Shown here piece by piece: positions 55,546 through 64,000 of a DNA stretch of 64,000 nucleotides. The notes beneath the pieces were generated by a model. That model had not been told where the DNA came from and did not search any database. It saw only the letters and a list, made by a program, of their open reading frames with translations. The number at the start of each line of letters is the position of its first letter. Positions within the stretch are counted from its first letter, which is position 1. Location: assembly GCA_963816915.1 (NCBI GenBank), contig CAWFMK010000002.1:280426-344425 (forward strand), in the 5' to 3' direction. The position numbers and the translations under genes were made by a program. The DNA comes from an uncultured beta proteobacterium (lineage in GTDB: Bacteria > Pseudomonadota > Gammaproteobacteria > Burkholderiales > Casimicrobiaceae).

Positions 55546-57207
55546 CTAGCGCGAAGAATCCGCCGCCGACCTGCGCGCCAATTCGCGCTCGCGCAGCACC
55601 CTGCGCTGTACCTTTCCCGTCGTGGTCATCGGCAACGCATCGATGAATTCGATTTCCTTCGGATATTCGTAGGGGGCGAGGAATTTGCGCACGTGGCTGC
55701 GAATGTCCTGCTCCAGAACCGCCGACGGGGCGGTGCCCGAGGCGAGCACGATGAAGGCCTTGACCACGTTGCCGCGCGTCTCGTCCGGGCTCGGAACGAC
55801 CGCGGCGTTGGCAACCGCGGGATGCTTGACCAGGCAGTTCTCGATTTCTGACGGACCAATACGATAGCCTGCTGCCTTGAACATGTCGTCGGCGCGTCCC
55901 TGATACCAGAGGTAGCCGTCGCCGTCGCGAGTGGCGAGATCGCCAGTGCGGCACCAGTCGCCGCTGAACTTGCGCGCCGTGCCCTCCGGATTCTTGAAAT
56001 ACCCCAGAAAAAATACAGGATCGGGAACGCCGTCGGGGGCGACGCGGTGCATCGCGACTTCGCCGAGCTCGCCGTCCGCGACCTCGGCGCCGGCGTCGTC
56101 GATCAGCGTGATGCGATGACCCGGGTACGGGCGGCCCATCGAGCCGGGTTTCGCCGGCCAGGAGCCATGCGAATTACCGACGATATAGTTCATCTCCGTC
56201 TGGCCGAACATCTCATTGATGGTCACGCCCAGCGCATCGCGCGCCCACTCGAATACCGTCGTTCCCACCGATTCGCCCGCGCTCATGATGCTGCGCAGTG
56301 CAAGCGTGTGCGCGTCGCGCGGTCGCGGCACCGCTTTCATGATCATCTTGAGCGCGGTCGGAAAAAGGAAGGCGTTGGTGACGCGGTATCTGGCCATCAG
56401 CGCGAGCGCGCGCTCCGGGTCGAAGCGCCCGCGAAAACCGACGATCGGGCGCCCGAAATACAGCGTGGGCAGCAACGCATCCATCAAACCGCCCGTCCAC
56501 GCCCAGTCGGCGGGCGACCAGAAGACGTCATGCTCCACCGGAAAGCCCTCATGCGAATAGACGAAGCCCGGCAGATTGCCGATCAGGCATCGATGCGGCA
56601 TGAGCGCGCCTTTCGGCGGACCGGTGGTGCCGCTGGTGTAGACCAGCAGCGCAGGATCGCCGGCACGAGTGGGCGCAGGCGCGAAGTGAGGTGAGGCCCT
56701 CGCAAGCAGTTCGTCCCAGTCGATCGTCCACGACTCCCGTGCGCCGGCGACGCCGATGACATGCCGCAACGTCGCAACCTGATCGCGTACCGCCGCCACG
56801 TTGGGTAGCGAGGCCTGATCCACGATCACCGCCCTCGTCTCCGAGTCGTGCAGCCGGTAGACGAGCGCGTCCGGCCCGAACAGGAACGACAGCGGGACCG
56901 CGATTGCACCGAGCTGATAACACGCGATGTGCGCCACCGCCGTCTCGGGACGTTGCGGCAAGACGATGGCGACTTTGTCCCCGCTACCGATCCCGAGCGC
57001 ACAAAGCGCATTGCACAGGCGATTGGCCTGTTGGTGCAGCGCGGCGTAGGTCAGCGTCGCGCTCGCGCCGTCCTCGTCCTCCCAATGGATAGCAACGCGA
57101 CCGGGATCGCCGGCGTGCCGGTGGCATGTCGCGAAAGCGATGTTGAAGTCGGCAGGAACCCGCCACCGATGCTGCGCGCAGATCTCGTGGTAGCGGTCGA
57201 CGGGCAT
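55546..57207 (-). CDS. AMP-forming acyl-CoA synthetase / ligase (ANL superfamily)
   Basis: AMP-binding motif LLVYTSGTTGPPKGAL, YGQTE-like FGQTEMN, GDLATRDGDGYLWYQGRADD, and C-terminal PMTTTGKVQRR. Confidence 0.9.
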   Translation of the reverse strand: MPVDRYHEICAQHRWRVPADFNIAFATCHRHAGDPGRVAIHWEDEDGASATLTYAALHQQANRLCNALCALGIGSGDKVAIVLPQRPETAVAHIACYQLGAIAVPLSFLFGPDALVYRLHDSETRAVIVDQASLPNVAAVRDQVATLRHVIGVAGARESWTIDWDELLARASPHFAPAPTRAGDPALLVYTSGTTGPPKGALMPHRCLIGNLPGFVYSHEGFPVEHDVFWSPADWAWTGGLMDALLPTLYFGRPIVGFRGRFDPERALALMARYRVTNAFLFPTALKMIMKAVPRPRDAHTLALRSIMSAGESVGTTVFEWARDALGVTINEMFGQTEMNYIVGNSHGSWPAKPGSMGRPYPGHRITLIDDAGAEVADGELGEVAMHRVAPDGVPDPVFFLGYFKNPEGTARKFSGDWCRTGDLATRDGDGYLWYQGRADDMFKAAGYRIGPSEIENCLVKHPAVANAAVVPSPDETRGNVVKAFIVLASGTAPSAVLEQDIRSHVRKFLAPYEYPKEIEFIDALPMTTTGKVQRRVLRERELARRSAADSSR

Positions 57208-57215
57208 GCGGCTTT

Positions 57216-58913
57216 TCAGGTGCCGGGAGCGGTGGCCGATACTGCCGGCGGCTCGTGCGATTCGACTGTCGCCCAGATCCAGTCGGGCTGCTGCTCCAGC
57301 AGCCGGCCGAAAGCAATCGATTGCGTGGTGCTGGCGACGCTCATCTGCAAGCGCTTGCCGGGCTGATATTCTCCCGCTGGCACGATCAGCGTCTGGATGG
57401 GCGCGTCGCTGCTGCGCTTGCGCAGCGACAGAAACAACCCGTGGAACCTCCGTCCGCTCACGGTGGGCGACTCGCCGTCCACGGAATACTCGGCCTCGCC
57501 GCGGCGCAGACTCGAGAGCTCGACGCCGACCAGGTTGTTGGCGATCACCTGCAGCCCGATTTCAGCGCGATCCGCCGTCAGACGCTTCATGCGACGAACG
57601 ATGCCCAGCGTCCACAGCGGCTGCCCGTCGGCGCGGATGGCGGCGAGCGTGCCAAGTGTGACCGCATTGATCACTGTCATCGGCGCAATCAGCCGGTAAC
57701 CGGTCTGCGAGACGTCGCGCACCTCCCACGCCCCGCCCTGCGTGGCGTACGTCGCCAGCCGTCGGCGCACCACTTCCTGCGCTCGGCCGCTTTCATTGCG
57801 CAGGTGGCCGAAGGTGGCGAGCTCGACCGTTTCGCCGAAATTGCCGGCACTGTTGGTCCGACGGTCGGCCAGCGGACCGACTTCTTCGTCGCGCAGAAAG
57901 CCGGAGATCTTGGCGAACCCGACGATCGCATCGACGCTGCCAGTCGCCGATTGCCGTTCGCCGCGCCGGGCAACCGGACGAAACTCCGGATCGACCTGTG
58001 CCGCGAGCTTGGTGAGCAGGCTGAGCTGCTCGGCGCGGCGCGGCGTGCGTTCGGAGAGCGGGTCGTTGCGCACCTTTTGCTCCAGCATCAGCACGTTTTG
58101 CATCAGAACAGCGTGGAGGGGACGGGTATCCAGGAAAAGCACGCGGCCTTCCAGCGGTTGCGGCGTGCGCCTGCGCAGCCCCGTCCGGTCCCCCAGATCC
58201 ACGTAAAAGCTGGTGAGGGTAGGTGGCTCAATGTTCAGTCGCAGAGGTGCACACCATTCCGAAAGCTGGTCGGCAACCCATTGCACGTGTCGCGGCGAAA
58301 GGTTGCCGGCGTTCATCAGCTGCAGCAGCAGCACCCGAAGATATTCCTGCTCGATGGTGGTGAGCACGCCGTCGGCCAGCGTAGCCACTGGAACCCGCTC
58401 GATCTGAGCGGTGCATGCCGTCTGGAAAAGCGCATTGAGCTCCGACCAGCGGGCGGGGATCCACTGCTCGTAGCGATAGAGCCGGATCTTGGCGTCGACG
58501 CCCTGATGCGCGATCTGGCGCGCGATCAATTCCGGAAGCAGCGATTGCCACCGACCGCTTGGGGAACGCCCGGCAAAGTCGCGTCCGAACGCCTGGTAGC
58601 AGAGCAGGAACGCCTGCGTCAGATCGAACAGCGCCTGCCACAGCTGGCTCTCGACCCGCGAGGAGCGGTTGCCATGCTCCAGGTATTGCGCCGTCACGCT
58701 GCGGCGCAGCGCGTCCGAGAGCGCGTCGAGGTGAAACACCGCTTCCAGCCGGGCCGGGTTGCGCGGCGCGGTGCGTTCACCCAGCGCGCCGAGCTCGGTC
58801 AGGATGGCCGAGTGGGCTACCAGGGGATCGGTGCCGGGAAACCCCGCAAGCCAGCGCTCTACGGACTTCTTGTCCGCGAGCGGGTCCTTGGTCGATCGTC
58901 CAAATCCGAACAT
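57216..58913 (-). CDS. Conserved hypothetical protein (565 aa) with PilZ-like sequence elements in the C-terminal half
   Basis: Long uninterrupted ORF 8 nt upstream of the acyl-CoA synthetase gene. Carries RRGER (RxxxR, aa 316-320) and DVSQTG (DxSxxG, aa 400-405). No other family recognised. Confidence 0.6.
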   Translation of the reverse strand: MFGFGRSTKDPLADKKSVERWLAGFPGTDPLVAHSAILTELGALGERTAPRNPARLEAVFHLDALSDALRRSVTAQYLEHGNRSSRVESQLWQALFDLTQAFLLCYQAFGRDFAGRSPSGRWQSLLPELIARQIAHQGVDAKIRLYRYEQWIPARWSELNALFQTACTAQIERVPVATLADGVLTTIEQEYLRVLLLQLMNAGNLSPRHVQWVADQLSEWCAPLRLNIEPPTLTSFYVDLGDRTGLRRRTPQPLEGRVLFLDTRPLHAVLMQNVLMLEQKVRNDPLSERTPRRAEQLSLLTKLAAQVDPEFRPVARRGERQSATGSVDAIVGFAKISGFLRDEEVGPLADRRTNSAGNFGETVELATFGHLRNESGRAQEVVRRRLATYATQGGAWEVRDVSQTGYRLIAPMTVINAVTLGTLAAIRADGQPLWTLGIVRRMKRLTADRAEIGLQVIANNLVGVELSSLRRGEAEYSVDGESPTVSGRRFHGLFLSLRKRSSDAPIQTLIVPAGEYQPGKRLQMSVASTTQSIAFGRLLEQQPDWIWATVESHEPPAVSATAPGT

Positions 58914-59413
58914 GAGGTCCTGCCGTTAGCTGTGGGGTGCCTGATTAGGAGCACAACGCCGTCTGGCGTCAGTGGCTGACGCAGTCGGTCGGTTGCCTTC
59001 GCCAGATCGCACCAAGGGTAGGCTGCGGCGCGCGGTTTGGCAACGCCGGGCGAGCGCGATTATTCAGGGCTTGGCGCATCCTCGATTCAAGTTTCCGATG
59101 CCGCCGGTACGATACTTGCACAGCCCTTGTTGTCGTCAGCAGTCAGGCGGCGTTAAAGCGGTAATGCGGAGCGGAAGCCGCTGTTCCTAGGGCAGGATCA
59201 TGGGGCAGGGATGGCCGTGCCGCTCGCGGGAGACGCCTGCCGGAGCCCGGTCTGACGCGTTGCGGCGCCTTTTGCCGCTGCGCGCCAAACTGAAGCGGAC
59301 AGCTGAATTCTTTATACTTGTGACGCACAGGAGCGCAAAGGAACACCATGGGAATCCTCATCAAAGCGCCCACGCGCCGAAGCGACGCGGGCCCGCAGCT
59401 GGCGGTGGCCAGC

Positions 59414-60346
59414 ATGGCAGGTGAAGTTCGCGATTCGTTGCACATCCGTGAAGTCGTGCGAATTACGGGCCTGCGCCGCGAGCAACTGTATATGTGGCAG
59501 CGCAGGTACGGTTTCCCCAATCCTGCGCGCGACGGTTTCGGTGACCGGGTCTACCCGCCCGACCAAGTCGCGCGGCTCAAAGTGATCAAGCAGCTACTCT
59601 CCGAGGGATGGCGCGCGGGCGCGGTGGTGCCGCTGGCAGAATCGGCGCTGCAGTCGATGCTGGGGATCGCGGTCGAGGATCCCGCCCCACTGCCCGACGA
59701 AATCGAAACCGCGGTCAAGCTCCTGGGCGAGCACCGCGTTGGCGAACTGCAGAATCATTTGTCGAAGCTTCTGGTCGGTCAGGGACTGCGTCGTTTTCTT
59801 GAGCAGACACTCATCCCGCTCAACGAAGCCGTGCACGAGCACGTGGTCCGCGGTGACATGCAGAACTTCCAGGAGCTGCGCTTCGCGGATCTGGCGCAGA
59901 GGCTGTTGCGCGACGTGACGCGGCTGGTGCGCCCGACGCGCGATTCGCGCCAGATTCTGGTGGCCACACCGCCCAACGACCCCAATCAGCTCGGCCTTGC
60001 GATTCTCGAACTGCTGCTGTTCACCGAAGGCGTGAACTGCCTGACCCTGGGCAGCGGCGTGCCTTCGCAGGAAGTCGCGGGCGCGGCCAAGTCGTACAAG
60101 GTCTGCCTGGCGATCCTGCTGTTCGATCGTGGCATCTCGGGAAAAATCGCGGGTCAGGAGATCCGTTCGCTGCGCGCGGCGTTGCCCGAAGGGCTGCCTC
60201 TGGTGGTGAGCGGACGCGCAGTGAACCTGCTCGCCAAGCCGATCCCCAACGTGCGCACCGCGGCTGATTTCAGCTCGGTGATGGCGACCATCCGCGAGCT
60301 CGGCGTGGCGGGATCGGTGCCGCAGGAGATGCAGCAGCGCGCGTAA
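59414..60346 (+). CDS. MerR-family HTH regulator fused to a B12-binding-like domain (CarH/LitR architecture) lacking the His ligand
   Basis: MerR HTH: IREVVRITGLRREQLYMWQRRYGFPNPARDGFGDRVYPPDQVARLKVIKQLL. The C-terminal Rossmann-like domain ILVATPPNDPNQLGLAILELLL.. has DPNQLG in place of the canonical (D/E)xHxxG. Start at MAGEV (59414) or at the upstream ATG at 59348. Confidence 0.75.
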   Translation: MAGEVRDSLHIREVVRITGLRREQLYMWQRRYGFPNPARDGFGDRVYPPDQVARLKVIKQLLSEGWRAGAVVPLAESALQSMLGIAVEDPAPLPDEIETAVKLLGEHRVGELQNHLSKLLVGQGLRRFLEQTLIPLNEAVHEHVVRGDMQNFQELRFADLAQRLLRDVTRLVRPTRDSRQILVATPPNDPNQLGLAILELLLFTEGVNCLTLGSGVPSQEVAGAAKSYKVCLAILLFDRGISGKIAGQEIRSLRAALPEGLPLVVSGRAVNLLAKPIPNVRTAADFSSVMATIRELGVAGSVPQEMQQRA

Positions 60347-60353
60347 TCGCGCC

Positions 60354-60758
60354 TCAAGGCTCGTCCAGGAATTCCTGGAGCTTCCGGCGGTCGCGCTTGG
60401 TCGGGCGTCCGTCGGAGGTCGGTGCGGTGATGGCCGCCGCTTTTCGGCGGCCGATTTCGGTGTCGCGTTCAGCCACGCTCGTCGCGTCCTCGCGATAGAG
60501 TTTCTGGGCGTCGGCGGCGCCGCCGCGGCGCTCGCTCAGGGCCATGACCTCCACATTCCACGTCAGCGCATTGCGGCGTATCTGGACGCGCTGGCCGACC
60601 CTCACGGCGTGCGCCGGTTTTACCCGCGCGTCGTCGATGCGCGCCTGCCCCGCGTCGATTGCCAGTGCGGCGAGACCGCGCGTCCGGTAGAAGCGCGCCG
60701 CCCACAGCCACTTGTCGAAGCGAATGCGATCAGCGGCGGGTTCAGCCTTTGCCGGCAT
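60354..60758 (-). CDS. hslR: Ribosome-associated heat shock protein Hsp15 (S4 domain)
   Basis: RFDKWLWAARFYRTRGLAALAIDAGQARIDDARVKPAHAVRVGQRV is a typical Hsp15 S4 motif. Basic C-terminal tail. Confidence 0.85.
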   Translation of the reverse strand: MPAKAEPAADRIRFDKWLWAARFYRTRGLAALAIDAGQARIDDARVKPAHAVRVGQRVQIRRNALTWNVEVMALSERRGGAADAQKLYREDATSVAERDTEIGRRKAAAITAPTSDGRPTKRDRRKLQEFLDEP

Positions 60759-61374
60759 TGCGCATCATCCACTCGCCCGTCGCCACGGCGGCGGCATCGG
60801 ATTCCTCGCGCAGGGCCTCGGCGACGCGCGCGCGATCGATGGCGCTGCGATTCTGCGACATCTTGAACTTGGCCTCGACGCGGGTCGCCGGGATGCGAAA
60901 CGCCACGATGGCGTCGAGCATCGCGGCCCGACGTGCGCCCGTAAGTTGCAGATGCCACGGCGCCGGCCGCGACGCCTCGAAGTGAGCAGTCAATTCCTCG
61001 ACAATCTCGCGCTTACCCGCCGGATCGTCGATCAGCTCACCGCTGCCGTGCACGTGCACGACCGCGTAGTTCCAGGTTGGCACCATCGCCGCGGGATCGC
61101 TGTACCAGGACGGTGAGACATAAGCGTGCGGGCCGTGAAAAATCGCGACTGATGTCCGCTCGGCGAGGACGCGCCAATGCGGGTTGGCACGCGCGACGTG
61201 CCCGATGAGCACGCCTTGCGCTCCCTCGGAGCGATGCAGCAGGAGCGGCAAGTGCGAGATCTGCGGCCCGTCTGTCGTCGGCGTCACCAGCGTCGCGAAG
61301 GGATGATACAGGATCAGCTGCGCCACGGCATCGGTGTCGCTCGAAGCGAACGCCGGCGGAAGGTAGACGCTCAC
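60742..61374 (-). CDS. FMN-binding negative transcriptional regulator, PaiB family
   Basis: MSVYLPPAFASSD...HPFATLVT......SHLPLLL......GHVARANPHW..., and the C-terminal KMSQNR block typical of PaiB. Confidence 0.8.
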   Translation of the reverse strand: MSVYLPPAFASSDTDAVAQLILYHPFATLVTPTTDGPQISHLPLLLHRSEGAQGVLIGHVARANPHWRVLAERTSVAIFHGPHAYVSPSWYSDPAAMVPTWNYAVVHVHGSGELIDDPAGKREIVEELTAHFEASRPAPWHLQLTGARRAAMLDAIVAFRIPATRVEAKFKMSQNRSAIDRARVAEALREESDAAAVATGEWMMRNAGKG

Positions 61375-61378
61375 GGCG

Positions 61379-61945
61379 TCACTTCAGGGTGACAGTGAAC
61401 AGGGTCATGGGCATCGCGGAATTCTTGTCGAAAACCGCTCCAGCCTCGATGCCGATCTGGGCGATCGCGGCCGCGCCCTTGAGTCGGGCGTATTGCGTGT
61501 GCATCGCCCCGAGCGCGAATTCGCGTCCCGAGCCCACTGCCCAGAAGCGGGTGTACTCGAACACTTCGCGCATGGAGTACACGCCGAAAATGCCGCTGGG
61601 ATTGGCGATCAGCGCAGTCATCTGCGTGGATTCGTACGGATCGTCCTCTTCCTCCTTCGGATTGAGGAAGTGCTGCTCCTTGAGGATCGGGTGCAGCTTG
61701 CGAAACGTTTCGAAGATGGCGCGTTTGGTCGAGAAATCGAGGTCGACGTGTTTCTCCAGCAGGCTCTCGAACACGAGCTGGTGCGCAGCGCTGCCGCACA
61801 GGCCGATGTACGAGCCGCGGTACTGCACGATCTTGTCGTAGGCGCCGTCGAATTCCGCGGAGAGACGCGTGTCGCCAAACGTCGTGAGCGAGTCGGCGGC
61901 GATGGCGGCTTCGCGGTTTTTGCGGACGACGACGAGTGTGGTCAT
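61379..61945 (-). CDS. Stand-alone proteasome beta-subunit/HslV-like Ntn hydrolase (BPH-like)
   Basis: Begins MTTLVVVRKN.. (Thr directly after Met). Counting from Thr1 it has Asp17 (..AIAADS) and Lys37 (YDKIV). An AVGSGREFALGA block parallels HslV AIGSGGPYA. There is no hslU or other ATPase nearby. The upstream part of ORF 61379-62200 was discarded. Confidence 0.65.
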   Translation of the reverse strand: MTTLVVVRKNREAAIAADSLTTFGDTRLSAEFDGAYDKIVQYRGSYIGLCGSAAHQLVFESLLEKHVDLDFSTKRAIFETFRKLHPILKEQHFLNPKEEEDDPYESTQMTALIANPSGIFGVYSMREVFEYTRFWAVGSGREFALGAMHTQYARLKGAAAIAQIGIEAGAVFDKNSAMPMTLFTVTLK

Positions 61946-62009
61946 GACGGCGCGGATAGACGCGGATGGCGGTGCACATCTACGGAAACGGCGGTGCTGC
62001 GTAGACCGA

Positions 62010-62933
62010 TTATAGCGCGCGACCCTCGCTCGGCAGGGCCGCGCCGACGCGCGCGTTAATGCGCGCCGGATCCCAAGCGCGATGCGCCCAAGTCCAGAAC
62101 GATTCGACGCTGCCCGGCCGCGCCGCAGGCGTGCGCTGCTCGAGGAATGTCCACGCGTCGAGGAGCGCCGGCAGCGGCGTGTCCGGCAACGCCGCGGCAC
62201 CGGTCTGCTTGGACAATTTTTCGCCGCTCGCGCTGGTCACGATAGGGTGATGCAGGTACGAAGGCGTCGGCAGCCCGAGGCAGCGTTGTAGCCAGATCTG
62301 TCGTGCCGTCGACGTCAACAGATCGGCGCCGCGCACCACGTGCGTCACGCCCTGATAGGCGTCGTCGACGACCACCGCAAGCTGATACGCGAACAGGGCA
62401 TCGGCGCGCAGCACCACGAAGTCGCCGCTGTCGCGAGCGAGCACTTGCGTCTGCGCACCCTGCACGCGATCGACAAAGGTGATGGGCCGATCGTCGACGC
62501 GCACTCGAAGAGCACGACCGCTGCGCTTCGCGCGGTCGCTTGGGACGCCGCCGCGACACGTTCCCGGGTACAGGCGTTCGCCAGTGGCGCCGAAGGGGGC
62601 GTCTTCGAGTTCCTTGCGCGTGCACGCGCAAGCGAAGAGCTGATCGCGCTCGCGCAGCGCGTCGAGTGCGGCGTGATACGACGCGATGCGTTCGCTCTGG
62701 CGGATCACCGGACCGTCCCACTGGAACCCATAGCGTTCGAGCGAGGTGAGAATGGCGTCGGCAGCCTCGGACTTGCTGCGCGGCGCGTCGACGTCTTCGA
62801 TACGAAGTTTCCAGGCCCCGCCGTTGGCGCGGGCATCGCACCAGCTTGCCATCGCGGCGACCAGCGAACCGAAGTGCAATGGCCCCGTCGGGGAGGGCGC
62901 GAAACGGCCGCAATAGCTGCCGGGCAAGGCCAC
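62010..62933 (-). CDS. gluQ: tRNA glutamyl-Q(34) synthetase
   Basis: GRFAPSPTGPLHFGSL (HIGH-type), Zn-binding CAC...YPGTC, VVDDAYQGVTHVVRGADL, and KLSKQ instead of KMSKS. GTG start at 62933. Confidence 0.85.
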   Translation of the reverse strand: MALPGSYCGRFAPSPTGPLHFGSLVAAMASWCDARANGGAWKLRIEDVDAPRSKSEAADAILTSLERYGFQWDGPVIRQSERIASYHAALDALRERDQLFACACTRKELEDAPFGATGERLYPGTCRGGVPSDRAKRSGRALRVRVDDRPITFVDRVQGAQTQVLARDSGDFVVLRADALFAYQLAVVVDDAYQGVTHVVRGADLLTSTARQIWLQRCLGLPTPSYLHHPIVTSASGEKLSKQTGAAALPDTPLPALLDAWTFLEQRTPAARPGSVESFWTWAHRAWDPARINARVGAALPSEGRAL

Positions 62934-63601
62934 TATCGGGTGGTCACTGTCTGCACCGGCGGGTTTCCGGCGACCGGTACCGCGTAACTCCATGCCCAGT
63001 TCTGCTGCCAGTTCGCCAGCACCGCGTTAGGATAATCGGCACGGCCGAGGCTGCCGTTGTACCGCCCGAGCGCGCGGTAGTAGTCGCCGTTCTCTCTGTC
63101 GAGATAATGGCGCAGGATCGTACAGCCATAGCGGAGGTTGGTGCGCAGGTTGAAAAGATTCTGATCCGAGGTGCCGATGAGCCTCAACCAGAACGGCATG
63201 ACCTGCATGTATCCGCGCGCGTCGGCGACCGAGACCGCGAACTTACGGAAATTGCTCTCGTGCTGGATGAGCCCCAACACCATTTGCGGATCGAGGCCCG
63301 CGCGCGTGGCTTCGTATTGGACGGTGATGAGGAAATCTCGCCGCGTGGGCCAGTCGGGAATTTTGGGGGCGAGCCTCCTCGCCATTTCGCGTAGCCAGGC
63401 CTCGCCTTCGGCCGGCGTGGCGAAGGTAAGATTTGGCGCCGGATAGTCGCTTACCGCACGTTGCAGCGCCGCCTGCACGCTCGACGACAGCATCTCCTCG
63501 ATCTGCGCACCGGCAAGCGCTTGCGACGCGCTCAGCGCTGCCAGCACGGCAAGGGCGCATCGTCCGCATGCGGACGAGAAAAAAGTGCGAAGGGTAGGCA
63601 C
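62933..63601 (-). CDS. Lytic transglycosylase (SLT domain), secreted
   Basis: Signal peptide ..LAALSASQALA. Catalytic block LGLIQHESNFRKFAVSVADARGYMQVMP, followed by ...YNGS. Confidence 0.85.
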   Translation of the reverse strand: MPTLRTFFSSACGRCALAVLAALSASQALAGAQIEEMLSSSVQAALQRAVSDYPAPNLTFATPAEGEAWLREMARRLAPKIPDWPTRRDFLITVQYEATRAGLDPQMVLGLIQHESNFRKFAVSVADARGYMQVMPFWLRLIGTSDQNLFNLRTNLRYGCTILRHYLDRENGDYYRALGRYNGSLGRADYPNAVLANWQQNWAWSYAVPVAGNPPVQTVTTR

Positions 63602-63603
63602 GG

Positions 63604-64000
63604 TCAGTGCGCGAGCCTCGCGCGCATCATGGAAACGACCTCGGCGAGCGGCACCACCTGGGCCTCGTCGTCACGCCGGCTCTGGTATTCGACGCCACCG
63701 TCCTTTAGGCCGCGATCACCGATGGTGATCCGGTGCGGAATACCGATCAGCTCCAAGTCGGCGAACATGACCCCGGGCCGCTCGCCGCGGTCGTCGAGCA
63801 GGACTTCGACACCGGCCGCCTCCAGCTCGTCGTGCACGCGCAAGGCGGCCTCGCGCACGGCGTCGCTACGATCGAAGCCGATGGGCGCGATCGCCACTGC
63901 GAACGGCGCCAGCGGCTCCGGCCATACGATGCCGCGCTCGTCGTGATTCTGCTCGATGGCGGCGGCGACCACGCGCGTGACCCCGATCCCGTAACAGCCC
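63604..64000 (-). CDS. proS: Prolyl-tRNA synthetase, 3' (C-terminal anticodon-binding) portion; the gene continues beyond the window
   Basis: ..[36 protein letters not shown]....[37 protein letters not shown].. is collinear with bacterial ProS C-termini. Confidence 0.85.
   Translation of the reverse strand, partial: GCYGIGVTRVVAAAIEQNHDERGIVWPEPLAPFAVAIAPIGFDRSDAVREAALRVHDELEAAGVEVLLDDRGERPGVMFADLELIGIPHRITIGDRGLKDGGVEYQSRRDDEAQVVPLAEVVSMMRARLAH

Noticed and set aside
1-64000. Scan for tRNA/rRNA genes, CRISPR arrays, IS elements, integrases, toxin-antitoxin pairs and defence-system ATPases or nucleases.
   Set aside because: No cloverleaf-like or rRNA-like conserved stretches were found in the intergenic regions. 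There are no regularly spaced direct repeats beyond the 3 x 10 bp array at 10821-10850. No transposase, integrase or phage-like ORFs appear in the six-frame track. The window looks like core chromosome.

Overview
This is a visibly GC-rich (about two-thirds G+C by eye, not computed) proteobacterial chromosomal window. The gene content (phaCAB, bamD<->rluD-pgeF, PEP-CTERM/exosortase, a stand-alone proteasome-beta homologue) suggests a Betaproteobacterium; that is an inference. I can support about 58 protein-coding genes. I found no rRNA, tRNA, CRISPR array, IS element, integrase or prophage gene. In order, the window contains:
- a secreted/cell-surface gene group: a frameshifted giant repeat protein, DUF4124, an LVIVD beta-propeller and a PEP-CTERM cargo;
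- an AraC regulator, then a tightly packed co-directional string rluD-pgeF-ZIP-phaC-phaA-phaB, with bamD divergent;
- a DinG/YoaA helicase, an SDR, recJ and lolC/lolD;
- srkA, an AlkA-like glycosylase and a yejABEF-like peptide ABC importer, convergent with tldD-tldE and an SSAT-type GNAT;
- a TonB-dependent receptor with exbB-exbD-exbD-tonB and a three-gene ECF sigma module;
- an orphan gspD-gspE-gspF module in which gspD and gspE are broken by several frameshifts;
- queG<->tsaE-amiC, followed by a 164-aa mini-exosortase and a membrane partner;
- an acyl-CoA synthetase operon led by a 565-aa unknown protein with PilZ-like motifs;
- a MerR/B12-domain regulator that lacks the B12 His ligand;
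- hslR, paiB, a BPH-like proteasome homologue, gluQ, an SLT transglycosylase and the 3' end of proS.
The most interesting items are:
- the mini-exosortase pair sitting in a cell-wall operon;
- the frameshifts clustered only in gspDE and in one giant surface-protein gene;
- the BPH-like Ntn hydrolase;
- the degenerate CarH/LitR-like regulator facing the PilZ-like/acyl-CoA synthetase operon;
- a three-hairpin sRNA candidate with an anti-Shine-Dalgarno loop.
All family assignments come from reading the translated ORFs and recalling motifs. No database search was run.
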